Assembly (NCBI GenBank): GCA_049510745.1
Contig: JBEKYR010000005.1
Coordinates: forward strand, 64,001 to 128,000
From: Verrucomicrobiota bacterium
GTDB lineage: Bacteria; Verrucomicrobiota; Verrucomicrobiia; Limisphaerales; Palsa-1400
Length of the DNA stretch: 64,000 bases
Direction: 5' to 3'
In this document: positions 30,316 to 40,017 of the stretch, in pieces
Numbering within the stretch: position 1 is the first letter of the stretch
How the letters are laid out: each line of letters begins with the position of its first letter
Position numbers and translations under genes: made by a program
Notes under the pieces: generated by a model
Database searches by the model: none
What the model saw: the letters and a program-made list of their open reading frames with translations, nothing else
What the model was told of the DNA's origin: nothing

Positions 30316-31296
30316 CTATTTGGCGGCGGCGCGCTTCTTGAGGAGATCGATGCGCTGGCGGGCCTGGTTGGCCAGGGGCGAACCGGCATCCTTGATCAGC
30401 ACCTCGTTGTAATACACCAAGGCCCCATCCCACTTCTTGTTCTTCTCGTAAAACTGGGCGACGCGGAAATTGCCCCGCGCCTCCTCGGACTTGAGCGCGC
30501 TGATGATGCGGGTGGCGTCGGCCACGCGCGGGTCATCGGGATAGAGCGCCATGAAATCAGTGAAGGCCGAAATGGCCTGGCCCGCGATGCTTTGGTCGTA
30601 ATCGGCCTTGCGGGCTTGTTTATTGTAAGCCAAAGCGGCTTTGTAGAGAGCGTCGGCCGCGACTTGTTTCTGCTCGCTGTAACGGTCGGCCGCCAGCTCG
30701 TAGGCTTTGACGGCCAGGGGATAATCCTTTTCCTTTTCGCGGGCGGCGCCGATGTTCATCTGCGAGGCCGGGCCCAACTCGCCATAGGGGCCGAAGCGGA
30801 CGATTTTCTCGAACATATCCGCTGTTTTATCCATCGACGGGAAGAAAGGAATGTAGCCGAAGAGCTTGAACCATTGGCCGTGGAGGAAGCGCAGGGCGAT
30901 GACAAACTGGCGGTGCTGGACGTCACTGGCGTTGGCCGATTTGGGGTATTTGACCAGCAACGTTTCGTAGGCATTGAAGGCCTTTTCATCCTGTTTGCGT
31001 TCCTCGAAACAACGGCCCAAAAGGTATTGCGCCTGGGGGGCGTAGTCGGAGAGGGGCCAGACTTTTATGACCCGCTCGGCCGCCTTTTGGGAGAGCTTAA
31101 ATTTTTTCTGGTCGAAGGCCTGCTGGGCAACGGCCAGTTGATCCTTGGCCCGTTGCCGGTGCCAATCTCCCTTGGTTCCGGGCGTCTCGTAAGTCCACCC
31201 TTCGCCGGGCCGGTAAACCAGGGGAGCGGGCGAGCGATAGGGCAGCGCCACCCAAAGCAACAGGATCAAAACAATGCGCGCGAACGGCCGATTCAT
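30316..31296 (-). CDS. bamD: Outer membrane assembly factor BamD-like TPR protein
   Basis: TPR repeats; DYDQSIA..AI..F.DF..LYP, AQFYEK, ALVYYNEV. Confidence 0.8.
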   Translation of the reverse strand: MNRPFARIVLILLLWVALPYRSPAPLVYRPGEGWTYETPGTKGDWHRQRAKDQLAVAQQAFDQKKFKLSQKAAERVIKVWPLSDYAPQAQYLLGRCFEERKQDEKAFNAYETLLVKYPKSANASDVQHRQFVIALRFLHGQWFKLFGYIPFFPSMDKTADMFEKIVRFGPYGELGPASQMNIGAAREKEKDYPLAVKAYELAADRYSEQKQVAADALYKAALAYNKQARKADYDQSIAGQAISAFTDFMALYPDDPRVADATRIISALKSEEARGNFRVAQFYEKNKKWDGALVYYNEVLIKDAGSPLANQARQRIDLLKKRAAAK

Positions 31297-31338
31297 CGCC
31301 CGCATCGTATCGCAGCCGCCGACGCCAAGTCAACCCTC

Positions 31339-33195
31339 TCAGTAAATCATGTCCGCCACGGTGCGGTTGGCGGGGATGAATGGGATGACGTGTTCGGTGT
31401 AGGGGCAGGCCACGTCCAGCACATAGGGCTGGTCGGAGTCGAGCATTTCCTGCAAGGCGCGGCGCAGGTCTTTTTTATACATGACGCGCTGGGCCGGGAC
31501 GTTGAAGCTGTGGGCCATGGCGACGTAGTCGGGATAAATCTGGCGGCGTTTCTCCGGGTCGCCCAGATAAGTGTGCCCGCGGTTGCCCTGATAAAAGTCG
31601 TCCTCCCATTGCATCACCATGCCCAGATGCTGGTTGTTGAGAATCATGGCCTTGGCCGCGATGTTTTCGATGTGGGCGGTGGCCAGTTCCTGGACGTTCA
31701 TCAGGAAGGAGCCGTCGCCGTCGATATCGACCACCTGCTTGTCCGGCCGGGCGACTTTCGCCCCCAGGGCGGCGGGGTAGCCAAAGCCCATCGCGCCCAG
31801 GCCGGCGCTGGTCAGGAACTGGCGCGGGGAAGTGAATTTGTAATACTGCCCCGTCCACATTTGATGCTGGCCGACGCCGGTGGTGATGATCGCCTCGCCC
31901 TTGGTCAATTCGTAGAGCATCTCGATGGCCATCTGCGGCAGGATGACTTCGCTCTCGCGCCCTTGCAGGTGCTCCCGCGTGTGTTCGGAACGGGAGACTT
32001 CCTCGGTCACGCCGTAGTGAAACGGGGCGCGGGCTTTCCATTCGGCGATTTGCTGGTGCCAGGCGGTGAATTTCTTGGCGATGGGCCGCTGGCGGATCAT
32101 TTCGTTGAGCCGGTGCAGGGCGTATTTGATGTCGCTTTCGATGGCCAACTGCACCTTGCGGTTCTTGTTGTGCTCGGACTGGTCGATGTCGATATGCACA
32201 ATCGTGCCGGATTTGCAGAATTCATCCACCTTGCCGGTGACGCGGTCATCGAAGCGCACGCCAAAGGCCAGCAGCAAATCGGCGCCCGGTTTGATCTTGA
32301 CCAGGGGTTCGTCCACGCTCTTGCGCTGTTTGTATTCGCCGCTGACGGCCCAATTGGCGTAGGCGGCGCCATGCATGCCCAGCCAGCGGAGGGACAGCGG
32401 GTGTGTTTCCGGAAACGCGCCGCAGCCCATGAGGGTGGTGGTGACAGGAATCTGCGTGGCTTCGACAAATTGCCGCAACTCGGCCGCGGCTTCTCCCGTG
32501 ATGATGCCGCCGCCGCAATAGAGCACGGGCCGCTCGGCCTTTTCCAGCAAGCCGATGATTTCGTTGAGCGCCAGGTCATCGGCCCTTTTGTCCGGATTGT
32601 ATCCGGGCAAGGTGACCCCCGCGGGCCAGACGGGCTGGGTTTTGGCCTGCTGGAGGTTCTTGGGGAAATCGATCACCACCGGGCCGGGCCGGCCGGTGGA
32701 GGCGATGTAAAAGGCCTCTTTGACAATGCGGGCGATGTCGTTGACGTCGGTGATGAGATAGCTATGTTTGACAATGGGCAGGGTCAGGCCGAAGAAATCC
32801 GTTTCCTGGAAGGCCCCCTTGCCGATCATCGACTGCGGCACCTGGCCGGTGATGGCGATCAAGGGGACCGAATCCATGTAAGCGTCGGCGATGGGGGTGA
32901 CGAGGTTGGTGGCGCCCGGGCCGCTGGTGGCCATGCAAACGCCCGGCCTGCCGGTGGCGCGCGCGTAGCCGCCGGCGGCGAAGGAGCCGCCTTGCTCGTG
33001 GCGGGGCAGGATGGTGCGAATGGCCGAGCGGGTCAGCGACTGATGGATTTCCATGCTGGCCCCGCCGGGATAGGCGAAGAGGCATTCGACTCCCTCGCGT
33101 TCCAAGGCCCGGACGAGGATATCGCGCCCCAACATCGGCTCGCCGATGCCGGCTTTGGGCGCTGCTGTTTTCTTTGTTCGGATTTTCGTGCTCAT
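31339..33195 (-). CDS. ilvB: Acetolactate synthase large subunit (biosynthetic)
   Basis: [43 protein letters not shown]...NN TPP motif. Confidence 0.96.
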   Translation of the reverse strand: MSTKIRTKKTAAPKAGIGEPMLGRDILVRALEREGVECLFAYPGGASMEIHQSLTRSAIRTILPRHEQGGSFAAGGYARATGRPGVCMATSGPGATNLVTPIADAYMDSVPLIAITGQVPQSMIGKGAFQETDFFGLTLPIVKHSYLITDVNDIARIVKEAFYIASTGRPGPVVIDFPKNLQQAKTQPVWPAGVTLPGYNPDKRADDLALNEIIGLLEKAERPVLYCGGGIITGEAAAELRQFVEATQIPVTTTLMGCGAFPETHPLSLRWLGMHGAAYANWAVSGEYKQRKSVDEPLVKIKPGADLLLAFGVRFDDRVTGKVDEFCKSGTIVHIDIDQSEHNKNRKVQLAIESDIKYALHRLNEMIRQRPIAKKFTAWHQQIAEWKARAPFHYGVTEEVSRSEHTREHLQGRESEVILPQMAIEMLYELTKGEAIITTGVGQHQMWTGQYYKFTSPRQFLTSAGLGAMGFGYPAALGAKVARPDKQVVDIDGDGSFLMNVQELATAHIENIAAKAMILNNQHLGMVMQWEDDFYQGNRGHTYLGDPEKRRQIYPDYVAMAHSFNVPAQRVMYKKDLRRALQEMLDSDQPYVLDVACPYTEHVIPFIPANRTVADMIY

Positions 33196-33225
33196 ATCTT
33201 CATTTGGCTGGGGGGGGCCGGGGCC

Positions 33226-33259
33226 AAAAAAAAAGCCCACGACCGTGACCAGCCGTGGG
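33226..33259 (-). terminator. Attenuator terminator upstream of ilvB
   Basis: Minus strand CCCACGGC-TGGTCACG-GTCGTGGG followed by C and T9. Confidence 0.85.
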
Positions 33260-33275
33260 TAGTTATCAACCTGCG

Positions 33276-33359
33276 CTAAACGCGACAAGTCCCCGCGGCG
33301 TGGCCGCCTGCGACGACGACTACGCCCGACAGATTGACTTGCGGCACATTGCCTGACAT
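33276..33359 (-). CDS. ilvB leader peptide [27 protein letters not shown]
   Basis: 27-aa ORF with four consecutive Val codons directly before the terminator and ilvB; absent from the ORF track. Confidence 0.85.
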   Translation of the reverse strand: MSGNVPQVNLSGVVVVAGGHAAGTCRV

Positions 33360-33513
33360 GCGACCAGAATAGTGGAGTGGCGGCAGCGGGTCAAGCAGGG
33401 AATTGGCTTGTTTCGTTTTTTTCGCGCTCGCCCGGCGCTGGATTTGTGGCAGGGAATGGCAAACGAGATGGATCGGACGCTCCGTGAAGAAGCGCCGTAG
33501 TGTGTCTCCCGGA

Positions 33514-34950
33514 TCAGCGCGCGCCGGCCCCGCTGCCGCTGCCGAAGCCCAACCCGCCGGCCGGGCCGGTCGCGGGGGACTGGCTGCCGGCGGTGTTCCC
33601 CGGGCGCAAACTCAACGGCGTTTGCAGCGCGGGCTGATTTTGGGAGCCGCCAAAAAGGGCGCCAACGGCTGCCTGCATGACGGCCGGGTCGGCGCTGTCA
33701 ATTGGAAAGATGGAGACAAAGCGCATGTCCTTGTCGCCCTCATCCCATTTGGCGATCAAACCGCGAATGGTCGTCATGGAAGTCCTCGAGGCGGTGATGG
33801 CAACGGATTGGGTGCGCCGGTCGGCCACAGCGCAGACGCTGGCTTGGCGTTTCAGGCGGTTGCTTTCATTCGCGCGGCCGGATGACGGCGATGCCATCCC
33901 AGGCGGGCCGAACTGAAAACCCGCCGTCCGGCTGTTCTGGTCCGAAGTTCCGGCGGGGGCGGCGAACAGCGCGGAGATTTGGTCGGCGATCTCCGTTGGG
34001 TCAGCGTGCTGGAGGGGGAAGATCTCGATCTCGGTGATGTCCTGGCTTGGTTTGTCCAATTGCGCGATGACGTTCGTGATCATCGGCATCGCGCCGGGTG
34101 GCGCGCTGGCGATGACCGCGTTCATTTGCTCGTCGGACACGAAGACGGCATGAGTCTGCGCGTTTTTTGAGTTGGGATCGGCGCCGGCGCCGCCGTCAGC
34201 GGGGTTGAAGCCGGCCGCCACGCCGCGCCCAAACCTCCGCGGGTTGGCGCGGATGACCTCCGCATCGGCGCTTTGGAAAGCCTCCTTCAACTCCGCCGCG
34301 ACGGACCTGGCATCGGCGTAAGTGAGAACAAAGACCTCAATCTCGGAAATGGCGGTGCTGTCCAAAGCGGCGATAATCGCGGCGATGCGGCGAACGTCTT
34401 TTTGCGGAGCGGTCATGAGGAGGGCGTTTCCCGCCTCGTTGGCGGTGACCGTGTCGGCGGCCGGAATCAACGGCTCAAGGTCTTTGGCCAGTTGACCGGG
34501 GTTCAAGGCATGCACCGGCAGGATTCCGGTCACGATTTCATTGTTGACTGGAATCTTCGCCGGATCGTTGGCGACGACCAGCGGCGTCAGCGCGCTGGTC
34601 CGGGCGCGGCTGGCATCCATAATGGTCAGAGTCCGGCCCCGGCGCAGGGCGGCGTAATTGTTCCGGCTCAGTTGGTCGCTGAGCAAATCGACCGCCTCGC
34701 TGGCGGTGACCGGTTGCCGCGCAGCCACGCTGACTTTGCCCGTCAAATCCACCTCCGAATCGACAATCAACCCCGCCTTGGCGCTGAGGTAATTGACCAC
34801 CGCGCTCAAAGGTGCGTCGTGGAAGTTCAGGAAAAGGCCGGCGCCGGGCGTCGGCTCCGCGGGCAGGGCGGCGTTGTCTTCCGCGGCCGAGCCGAGCCGG
34901 ACGACCGCGAAGGCGGCTGATAGTATCGCAAGGAAGTTTCTTGTATTCAT
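33514..34950 (-). CDS. Secretin N-terminal (GspD-like N0/N1-N3) domain protein lacking the secretin barrel
   Basis: Signal peptide; LNFHDAPL N0 domain; repeated LxYADA/LQHADP and D.RTQSV N-domain motifs; ends in a Gly-rich tail. Confidence 0.75.
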   Translation of the reverse strand: MNTRNFLAILSAAFAVVRLGSAAEDNAALPAEPTPGAGLFLNFHDAPLSAVVNYLSAKAGLIVDSEVDLTGKVSVAARQPVTASEAVDLLSDQLSRNNYAALRRGRTLTIMDASRARTSALTPLVVANDPAKIPVNNEIVTGILPVHALNPGQLAKDLEPLIPAADTVTANEAGNALLMTAPQKDVRRIAAIIAALDSTAISEIEVFVLTYADARSVAAELKEAFQSADAEVIRANPRRFGRGVAAGFNPADGGAGADPNSKNAQTHAVFVSDEQMNAVIASAPPGAMPMITNVIAQLDKPSQDITEIEIFPLQHADPTEIADQISALFAAPAGTSDQNSRTAGFQFGPPGMASPSSGRANESNRLKRQASVCAVADRRTQSVAITASRTSMTTIRGLIAKWDEGDKDMRFVSIFPIDSADPAVMQAAVGALFGGSQNQPALQTPLSLRPGNTAGSQSPATGPAGGLGFGSGSGAGAR

Positions 34951-34980
34951 TTTATGGCACGATGTGCGAAACCACCTGAG

Positions 34981-34995
34981 GCAAGTCGTGTGCCA
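34981..34995 (-). promoter_or_regulatory. Sigma-54 -24/-12 promoter
   Basis: Minus strand TGGCAC-ACGAC-TTGC, exact consensus, 31 bp before ATG 34950. Confidence 0.7.
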
Positions 34996-35168
34996 ACTGC
35001 CGTCCCGGCGCAGCCCGGCGCAAAAGGCCCGTGGGCCGCGCAACAGATGCTCAAAAACAGGCTGGCGTCGCGCAGGGATTGCGCGCTGATCGGCGATCAA
35101 AGTTCTTGCGGGGAAAAACGCGGCAGGATCAGGCGTGATGAACGGCCTGCCTCCCTGTCCAATTGCAT

Positions 35169-35984
35169 GTGAACACGAAAAGGCTCAGACGCCGGAGGCC
35201 GATTCGGTCTTCGGCCGCAAGAGCATTCACGCTGGTCGAACTGCTGGTGGTGATGGCCATCATCTCGATCTTGGCGGCGCTCCTCTTGCCGGCGCTGGCC
35301 AAGGCCAAAGCCCAGGGATACTCCACCACCTGCAAAAACCACCTGCACCAAATGGGCCTCGCGCTGGAAATGTATGTCCACGAAAACCGACACGAATATC
35401 CTTACCTGGTTTCCAGTACGGCGATATGGTTCGACAGCCTTTCGCCTTACTACCCAGTCAAATGGACCGACCGAGCGTACCATTGCCCGGGATACAAAGG
35501 AGCCCTCTCGCTCTTCGCGGGGAGGCTGCCGCACGACCCGCTTGGCAGCTATGCTTACAACGCCTGGGGCGTTGGGAGCTGTGACTCCCTGTCTCCATCC
35601 TATCTGCATGGTCTTGTGAGTCTCGGCCTTGCTGGCAGGGGGCGAAAAGCGCCTCCCATTTCCGAGTCCCAGGTAAAAGCGCCGAGCGAGATGCTTGCCA
35701 TTGGCGAATCCAGGCACAGAGGCGAACGGGAGGTGTCCAATGACTCCTGCGTCTTCATTATGTTTTGCGGCAACATTTGGGGAAGGCATGTCCCGGAAAA
35801 TTATTACGGCAACCCCCCGCTCCCGGAGCGGCACGGAAAGAACTACAATCAGCTCTTCTGCGATGGACACGTTGCGTCAATGGATCCCCGCATTTTGTTC
35901 AATCCCACCAATACAGCCGCGCTGTGGAACTACGACCACCAGCCGCATCCGGAACTATGGACCGGTCTTGACGTTCAGCCCTGA
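35169..35984 (+). CDS. Prepilin-type N-terminal cleavage/methylation protein with H-X9-DG motif
   Basis: [25 protein letters not shown] and [15 protein letters not shown]. Confidence 0.92.
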   Translation: MNTKRLRRRRPIRSSAARAFTLVELLVVMAIISILAALLLPALAKAKAQGYSTTCKNHLHQMGLALEMYVHENRHEYPYLVSSTAIWFDSLSPYYPVKWTDRAYHCPGYKGALSLFAGRLPHDPLGSYAYNAWGVGSCDSLSPSYLHGLVSLGLAGRGRKAPPISESQVKAPSEMLAIGESRHRGEREVSNDSCVFIMFCGNIWGRHVPENYYGNPPLPERHGKNYNQLFCDGHVASMDPRILFNPTNTAALWNYDHQPHPELWTGLDVQP

Positions 35985-35993
35985 CGCGGGCGG

Positions 35994-37328
35994 CTACGCT
36001 TTGCGTGCCGCGGGCAAAAGCACTTCGCTGCCTTCGCGGGCGGCTTCGACGATGAGATCGGAGTGGCGGTTGGCAGCCATTTGACGGGCGCGCGCCACCA
36101 TGCGCGAAATCTGCTCGTCGGTGTGGTCCGGGTCGTGGTGAAAGAGATAGAGGCGCTTGACGCCGGCGTGGAGGGCGAAGGCGACGGAATCTTCCACGCA
36201 ACTGTGGCCCCAGCCGACGTGCTGGTCGTATTCGGCGGCGTCGTATTGGGAATCCAGAATGAGCAGGTCAGAGCCGCGGATGAAATCGACCAGACTGCGG
36301 TCCTCTTCGGGAGCCGTCTGACGCTCTTCGCGCGGGACCACCTTGGTGTCGGCTTTCCAGCGCTCGCGCAGGCGCCGGAAAAGTTCGACATCGGGCAAAT
36401 AAGCGATGGAGCCGCCCGGGGTGAAGAGGCGGTAGCCGGTGCAGATGCCGGGATGGTTGAGGAAGTGGGCCTTGACGGGCACGCCGCTGACTTCGAAGCT
36501 CATCTCTTTGAGTTCGTGAATGGTGATGTAGCCGGGCATCTGCTGCATGCTGATGGGGAAATAGGGGCTTTCCATTTGACTGCAAAGGGTGCTGCGCAAT
36601 CCCTGGCTGGCGCCTTCGAAGCCGTAGATGGCCACGATGTTCTTGGGATCATAGGCCGGAAGGAAAAAGGGGAAGCCCTGGATATGGTCCCAATGCGTGT
36701 GGGTGATGAGCAGGTTCAAGTTAATGGGCCGGTCTCGGAACTCGCGGATCAGGGCCAGGCCCAGTTTGCGCAGGCCGGTGCCCGCGTCCAGCACGATCAA
36801 CACATCATTGACGCGAATTTCGACGCACGAAGTATTACCCCCATAATGCACGGTGTCCGTTCCGGGAGCGGGAATGGAGCCGCGCACGCCCCAGAATTTC
36901 AAGCGTGTGACGCCTCCCTGTTCCGGAGCGCCATTGAACTGGCAGCCGGATTGGCCTGTTCCCGCCCCGGCGACGCGCGCCAGGAACTGATCCAGCAGAG
37001 GGTAATTGAGGGGTTTGGGGAGATACTCGTCCGCGCCGCATTCCAAGGCGCTGAATTTTTCGGCGCCATTCCCGGCGCCGGTGGCGATGATGACAGGCCG
37101 CGGGCCGGCCGTGTCCGATTGCGCCTCCAATTCGCGGCAAAAGCCCAGGCCATTATTCGAGACGGAGGGCCAGTCGCAGAGGATCAGGGCGGGCAGGTGC
37201 TCGCGGGCCAGGGCGAGGGCGCGCTGGCGGTCTGGCGCGTCCAGGACACGCCAGCCCCGTTCGTTCAGCCAGGGCATCAGCCGGCTGCGAACAGACTGCT
37301 CACTTTCCACGACCAAAACCGTTTTCAT
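35994..37328 (-). CDS. Response-regulator receiver fused to MBL-fold metallo-hydrolase
   Basis: N-terminal receiver-like domain; FWGVRGSIP, YGGNTSC, DAGTG, THTHWDHIQG, WGHS, FHHDP. Confidence 0.9.
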   Translation of the reverse strand: MKTVLVVESEQSVRSRLMPWLNERGWRVLDAPDRQRALALAREHLPALILCDWPSVSNNGLGFCRELEAQSDTAGPRPVIIATGAGNGAEKFSALECGADEYLPKPLNYPLLDQFLARVAGAGTGQSGCQFNGAPEQGGVTRLKFWGVRGSIPAPGTDTVHYGGNTSCVEIRVNDVLIVLDAGTGLRKLGLALIREFRDRPINLNLLITHTHWDHIQGFPFFLPAYDPKNIVAIYGFEGASQGLRSTLCSQMESPYFPISMQQMPGYITIHELKEMSFEVSGVPVKAHFLNHPGICTGYRLFTPGGSIAYLPDVELFRRLRERWKADTKVVPREERQTAPEEDRSLVDFIRGSDLLILDSQYDAAEYDQHVGWGHSCVEDSVAFALHAGVKRLYLFHHDPDHTDEQISRMVARARQMAANRHSDLIVEAAREGSEVLLPAARKA

Positions 37329-37415
37329 GGTGGCACCGTTATTGTCACATATCTGTAATAAAAGGCAAGTCTTTGTTTGACACCTCTGCGGGCCGGTTTT
37401 GGGCCAATAAGACGA

Positions 37416-37445
37416 AGGCCGGGAGACTTCTCGCTCTCCCGGCCT
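37416..37445 (-). terminator. Hairpin downstream of the Hsp20 pair
   Basis: AGGCCGGGAGA / TCTCCCGGCCT perfect 11-bp stem. Confidence 0.6.
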
Positions 37446-37469
37446 GTTGTCAAATGAAACCGCCCTTGT

Positions 37470-37850
37470 TTAGCTCACCTTGATTCTGCGGGGCTTGACC
37501 TGCTCGGTCTTGGGCAGGGTGAGGGTCAGGATGCCCTGCTCGATCTTGGCGGCGATTTTCGCCGTGTCGATGGTCGGGTCCAATTCAAAGACCCGGCGGT
37601 AATCGGCGTTTTCCGATTCGCGGTAGAGAAGGCTTGCGCCAAACTCGGCCTGCCTTCGGCCAACAATTGTTAACTCGTTGTTGTCCAAGCTGATATCCAG
37701 GCCTTCCTTGTTCACTCCCGGCAATTCCGCTTCCAGGACGTAGCCGTCCTGGTTCTCGACGATGTTGACTTTCGGCGTGAGAAACTCACGCTCGGTGTCC
37801 GCCGGTTGCGGGCAAACGGGTTTTTCCTGCTGTTGAGCAACTGCGTTCAT
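37470..37850 (-). CDS. Hsp20/alpha-crystallin small heat-shock protein
   Basis: AELPGV, YRRVFEL, GILTLTLPK. Confidence 0.93.
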   Translation of the reverse strand: MNAVAQQQEKPVCPQPADTEREFLTPKVNIVENQDGYVLEAELPGVNKEGLDISLDNNELTIVGRRQAEFGASLLYRESENADYRRVFELDPTIDTAKIAAKIEQGILTLTLPKTEQVKPRRIKVS

Positions 37851-37901
37851 AAGTTCCTTTCGTTTCCCGGGCAAGCTGCGCTCGCCCGGCAGTGGGGGTT
37901 G

Positions 37902-38390
37902 TTATTTGACCGTAATGGGGATTTGTTTCGGCTTCGCTTCCTCCGCTTTGGGCAGAGTGACCGTCAGGACACCGTCGGTGTAGGTGGCCTTGATTTTTTC
38001 CGCATCGACCCTGCAAGGCAGGCTGATGGTGCGATGAAAACGGCCCAGCCAGCGTTCCGAGCGGTAGGTCTCCGCCGTCTCGTACTTCTCCTCCTGTTTC
38101 CGTTCGCCGGAGAGGGTCAGATAGCCGTCGTGCAGCGAGATTTCGATGTCTTCCTTTTTCATGCCCGGCACTTCCGCCCTGACGACCAGGCTGTCTTTGT
38201 CCTCGTACAAATCCACCGCCGGAAACCAGCCTTCGAGCAATTGTGTGCTCTGCTCGGAATCCTGGGGCGATCCCAAGAACCGTCCAAGGGTCAGGTTGAA
38301 CAGATTATCCACTTCGTCCCGCAAGGTCGCGATGCGACGAACCGGGGCCACGCTCGATAAGTTAGGCTTTTGCCATCTTGTTAACGTCAT
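37902..38390 (-). CDS. Hsp20/alpha-crystallin small heat-shock protein
   Basis: PAVDLYE, AEVPGM, ERxxGRFHR, DGVLTVTLPK. Confidence 0.95.
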   Translation of the reverse strand: MTLTRWQKPNLSSVAPVRRIATLRDEVDNLFNLTLGRFLGSPQDSEQSTQLLEGWFPAVDLYEDKDSLVVRAEVPGMKKEDIEISLHDGYLTLSGERKQEEKYETAETYRSERWLGRFHRTISLPCRVDAEKIKATYTDGVLTVTLPKAEEAKPKQIPITVK

Positions 38391-38458
38391 AGGTCTTCCT
38401 TTCTCTATCTCAAAATGTTGTTTGTTAAGACTGTTTCAGTTCTTCGATGTTCTGAATA

Positions 38459-38473
38459 GCGTTTCCTGTGCCA
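38459..38473 (-). promoter_or_regulatory. Possible sigma-54 promoter of the Hsp20 pair
   Basis: Minus strand TGGCAC-AGGAA-ACGC; GG/GC spacing correct, -12 element imperfect. Confidence 0.4.
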
Positions 38474-38607
38474 AAACATTCAAAAGTCATAAGATGCTAC
38501 TGCACAATAATATACGACTTACAATATTATAAACCCAGTTTCATAAAGAGACAAAGTGACTCATATTGAGAGTTGATTGAAGTGTCATTATGTCCCACAA
38601 TGACCGC

Positions 38608-38633
38608 AAAAACGCCGCCTTCCGAGGGCGGCG
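38608..38633 (-). terminator. Intrinsic terminator of fba
   Basis: Minus strand CGCCGCC...GGCGGCG stem followed by TTTTT, 16 bp after the stop. Confidence 0.75.
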
Positions 38634-38648
38634 AAGCTTCACTCAGTA

Positions 38649-39614
38649 TTAATCAAAGGCGTGCCCCGCGCAGCAGAGGACATCCCGAATCTTATGGCGG
38701 ACAAGCTCTTTGACGCCGGTTCGGGCCGGGCCGAGGTACTTGCGGGGGTCGAACTCTTTGGGGTTTTCGGCGAAACATTTGCGAATGGCGGCTGTCATCG
38801 CCAGGCGCAGGTCAGTGTCAATGTTGACTTTGGTGCAGCCGACCCGGCGGGCGATTTCGATGTCGGCTTCCGGCACGCCTGCGGTGTCTTCGCCCAATTT
38901 GCCGCCGTATTTATTGATCTCCTGGACCAGGTCCTTGGGGACGCTGGAAGCGCCGTGCAAAACCAGCGGATAATCGCCCAGGCCGGCATCCATCAGCGCC
39001 TTTTTGATCGCGCGCAGGCGGTCCAAATCCAGCCGTTGTTCTCCCTTGAACTTGTAGGCGCCATGCGAGTTGCCGATGGCGACGGCCAGGGAATCAACGC
39101 CCGTCTGGCGGACAAACGCCACGGCTTCCTCCGGGTGCGTATAGACGCCCCCTTTTGAATAGCCGCCGCCCTCTTCGCCGTCGTCGTGTTGCGCGCCGAC
39201 GAGCATGCCCAATTCGCCTTCCACCACGCAGTTATGCTTGTGGGCGTAATCGACGACGCGCCTGCAGATTTCGGCGTTTTTCTCAAATGGCTCGTGGCTG
39301 CCGTCGATCATCACGCTAGTAAAGCCCTCGTCGATGCATTCCTTGCAGAGATCGAACGAATCGCCATGATCCAAGTGGACGGCAATGGGGATGTTGGAGG
39401 TGCTGACGGCGGCCTCGATGAGTTTCTTGAGATAAACGGGGCTGGCATATTGGCGGGCGCCTTTGGAGATTTGGAGCATGACAGGGGCCTTTTCCTCCTC
39501 GCAAGCCTCGACGATGGCCTGGAGCAGCTCCATGTTATTGACGTTAAAGGCCCCAAGGGCGTATTTGCCTTTGAGCGCTTTGGCGAACAGATCCTTAGTA
39601 TGTGTCAGTGGCAT
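38649..39614 (-). CDS. fba: Class II fructose-1,6-bisphosphate aldolase
   Basis: AFNVNN, HLDHG, SVMIDGS, VEGELG, GNSHGAYK, LVLHGAS, KVNIDTD. Confidence 0.96.
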   Translation of the reverse strand: MPLTHTKDLFAKALKGKYALGAFNVNNMELLQAIVEACEEEKAPVMLQISKGARQYASPVYLKKLIEAAVSTSNIPIAVHLDHGDSFDLCKECIDEGFTSVMIDGSHEPFEKNAEICRRVVDYAHKHNCVVEGELGMLVGAQHDDGEEGGGYSKGGVYTHPEEAVAFVRQTGVDSLAVAIGNSHGAYKFKGEQRLDLDRLRAIKKALMDAGLGDYPLVLHGASSVPKDLVQEINKYGGKLGEDTAGVPEADIEIARRVGCTKVNIDTDLRLAMTAAIRKCFAENPKEFDPRKYLGPARTGVKELVRHKIRDVLCCAGHAFD

Positions 39615-39861
39615 AATCTTTGATCTTTATGCGGGCAACGTGCGGGTTTCCACGTCTCCGGGACCCAGATACTAGGAAGCGCAACGGGAAAGGGGAAGGA
39701 AAAACTACGGCCGGATAAACCGCCCTGCGCGCGGGAGCTGAATTCCAGGCCGGGGCAGGTGGCCGGACCGCCCTGTTTGAGGCTCCAGTGACATCGACGG
39801 ACTTGGGCGGGTTAAAAACCGCTTTACAATTGCGCCGCGCGCGGCATGTTTGGGCGTTTTT

Positions 39862-40002
39862 ATGACGGATACCGACTTGAATTTGTGGGGGCTTATTGCC
39901 GTGCCGGTGGGTTTGGCCATTTGCTTTGGCGTCCCCCTTCTGGTCTGGCTGCGCGATGAAATCCGCGCCGGGGCCGAGGAAAAGAAAAACGCCCGTCACT
40001 GA
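39862..40002 (+). CDS. 46-aa single-pass membrane microprotein
   Basis: MTDTDLNLWGLIAVPVGLAICFGVPLLVWLRDEIRAGAEEKKNARH; fits the intergenic gap; below the ORF-track cutoff. Confidence 0.55.
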   Translation: MTDTDLNLWGLIAVPVGLAICFGVPLLVWLRDEIRAGAEEKKNARH

Positions 40003-40017
40003 GCCGCTGAAGCACCT

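Noticed and set aside
30286..33279. 997-aa plus-strand ORF, and similar long ORFs at 25314-26948, 21200-22687, 36063-37358, 51506-53224, 55518-57014, 61393-62823
   Set aside because: Antisense shadows of well-supported genes in GC-rich DNA; no recognisable motifs
38400..38600. CIRCE or HAIR heat-shock operator upstream of Hsp20
   Set aside because: AT-rich with weak inverted repeats, but no convincing match to TTAGCACTC-N9-GAGTGCTAA or CTTGAGT-N7-ACTCAAG
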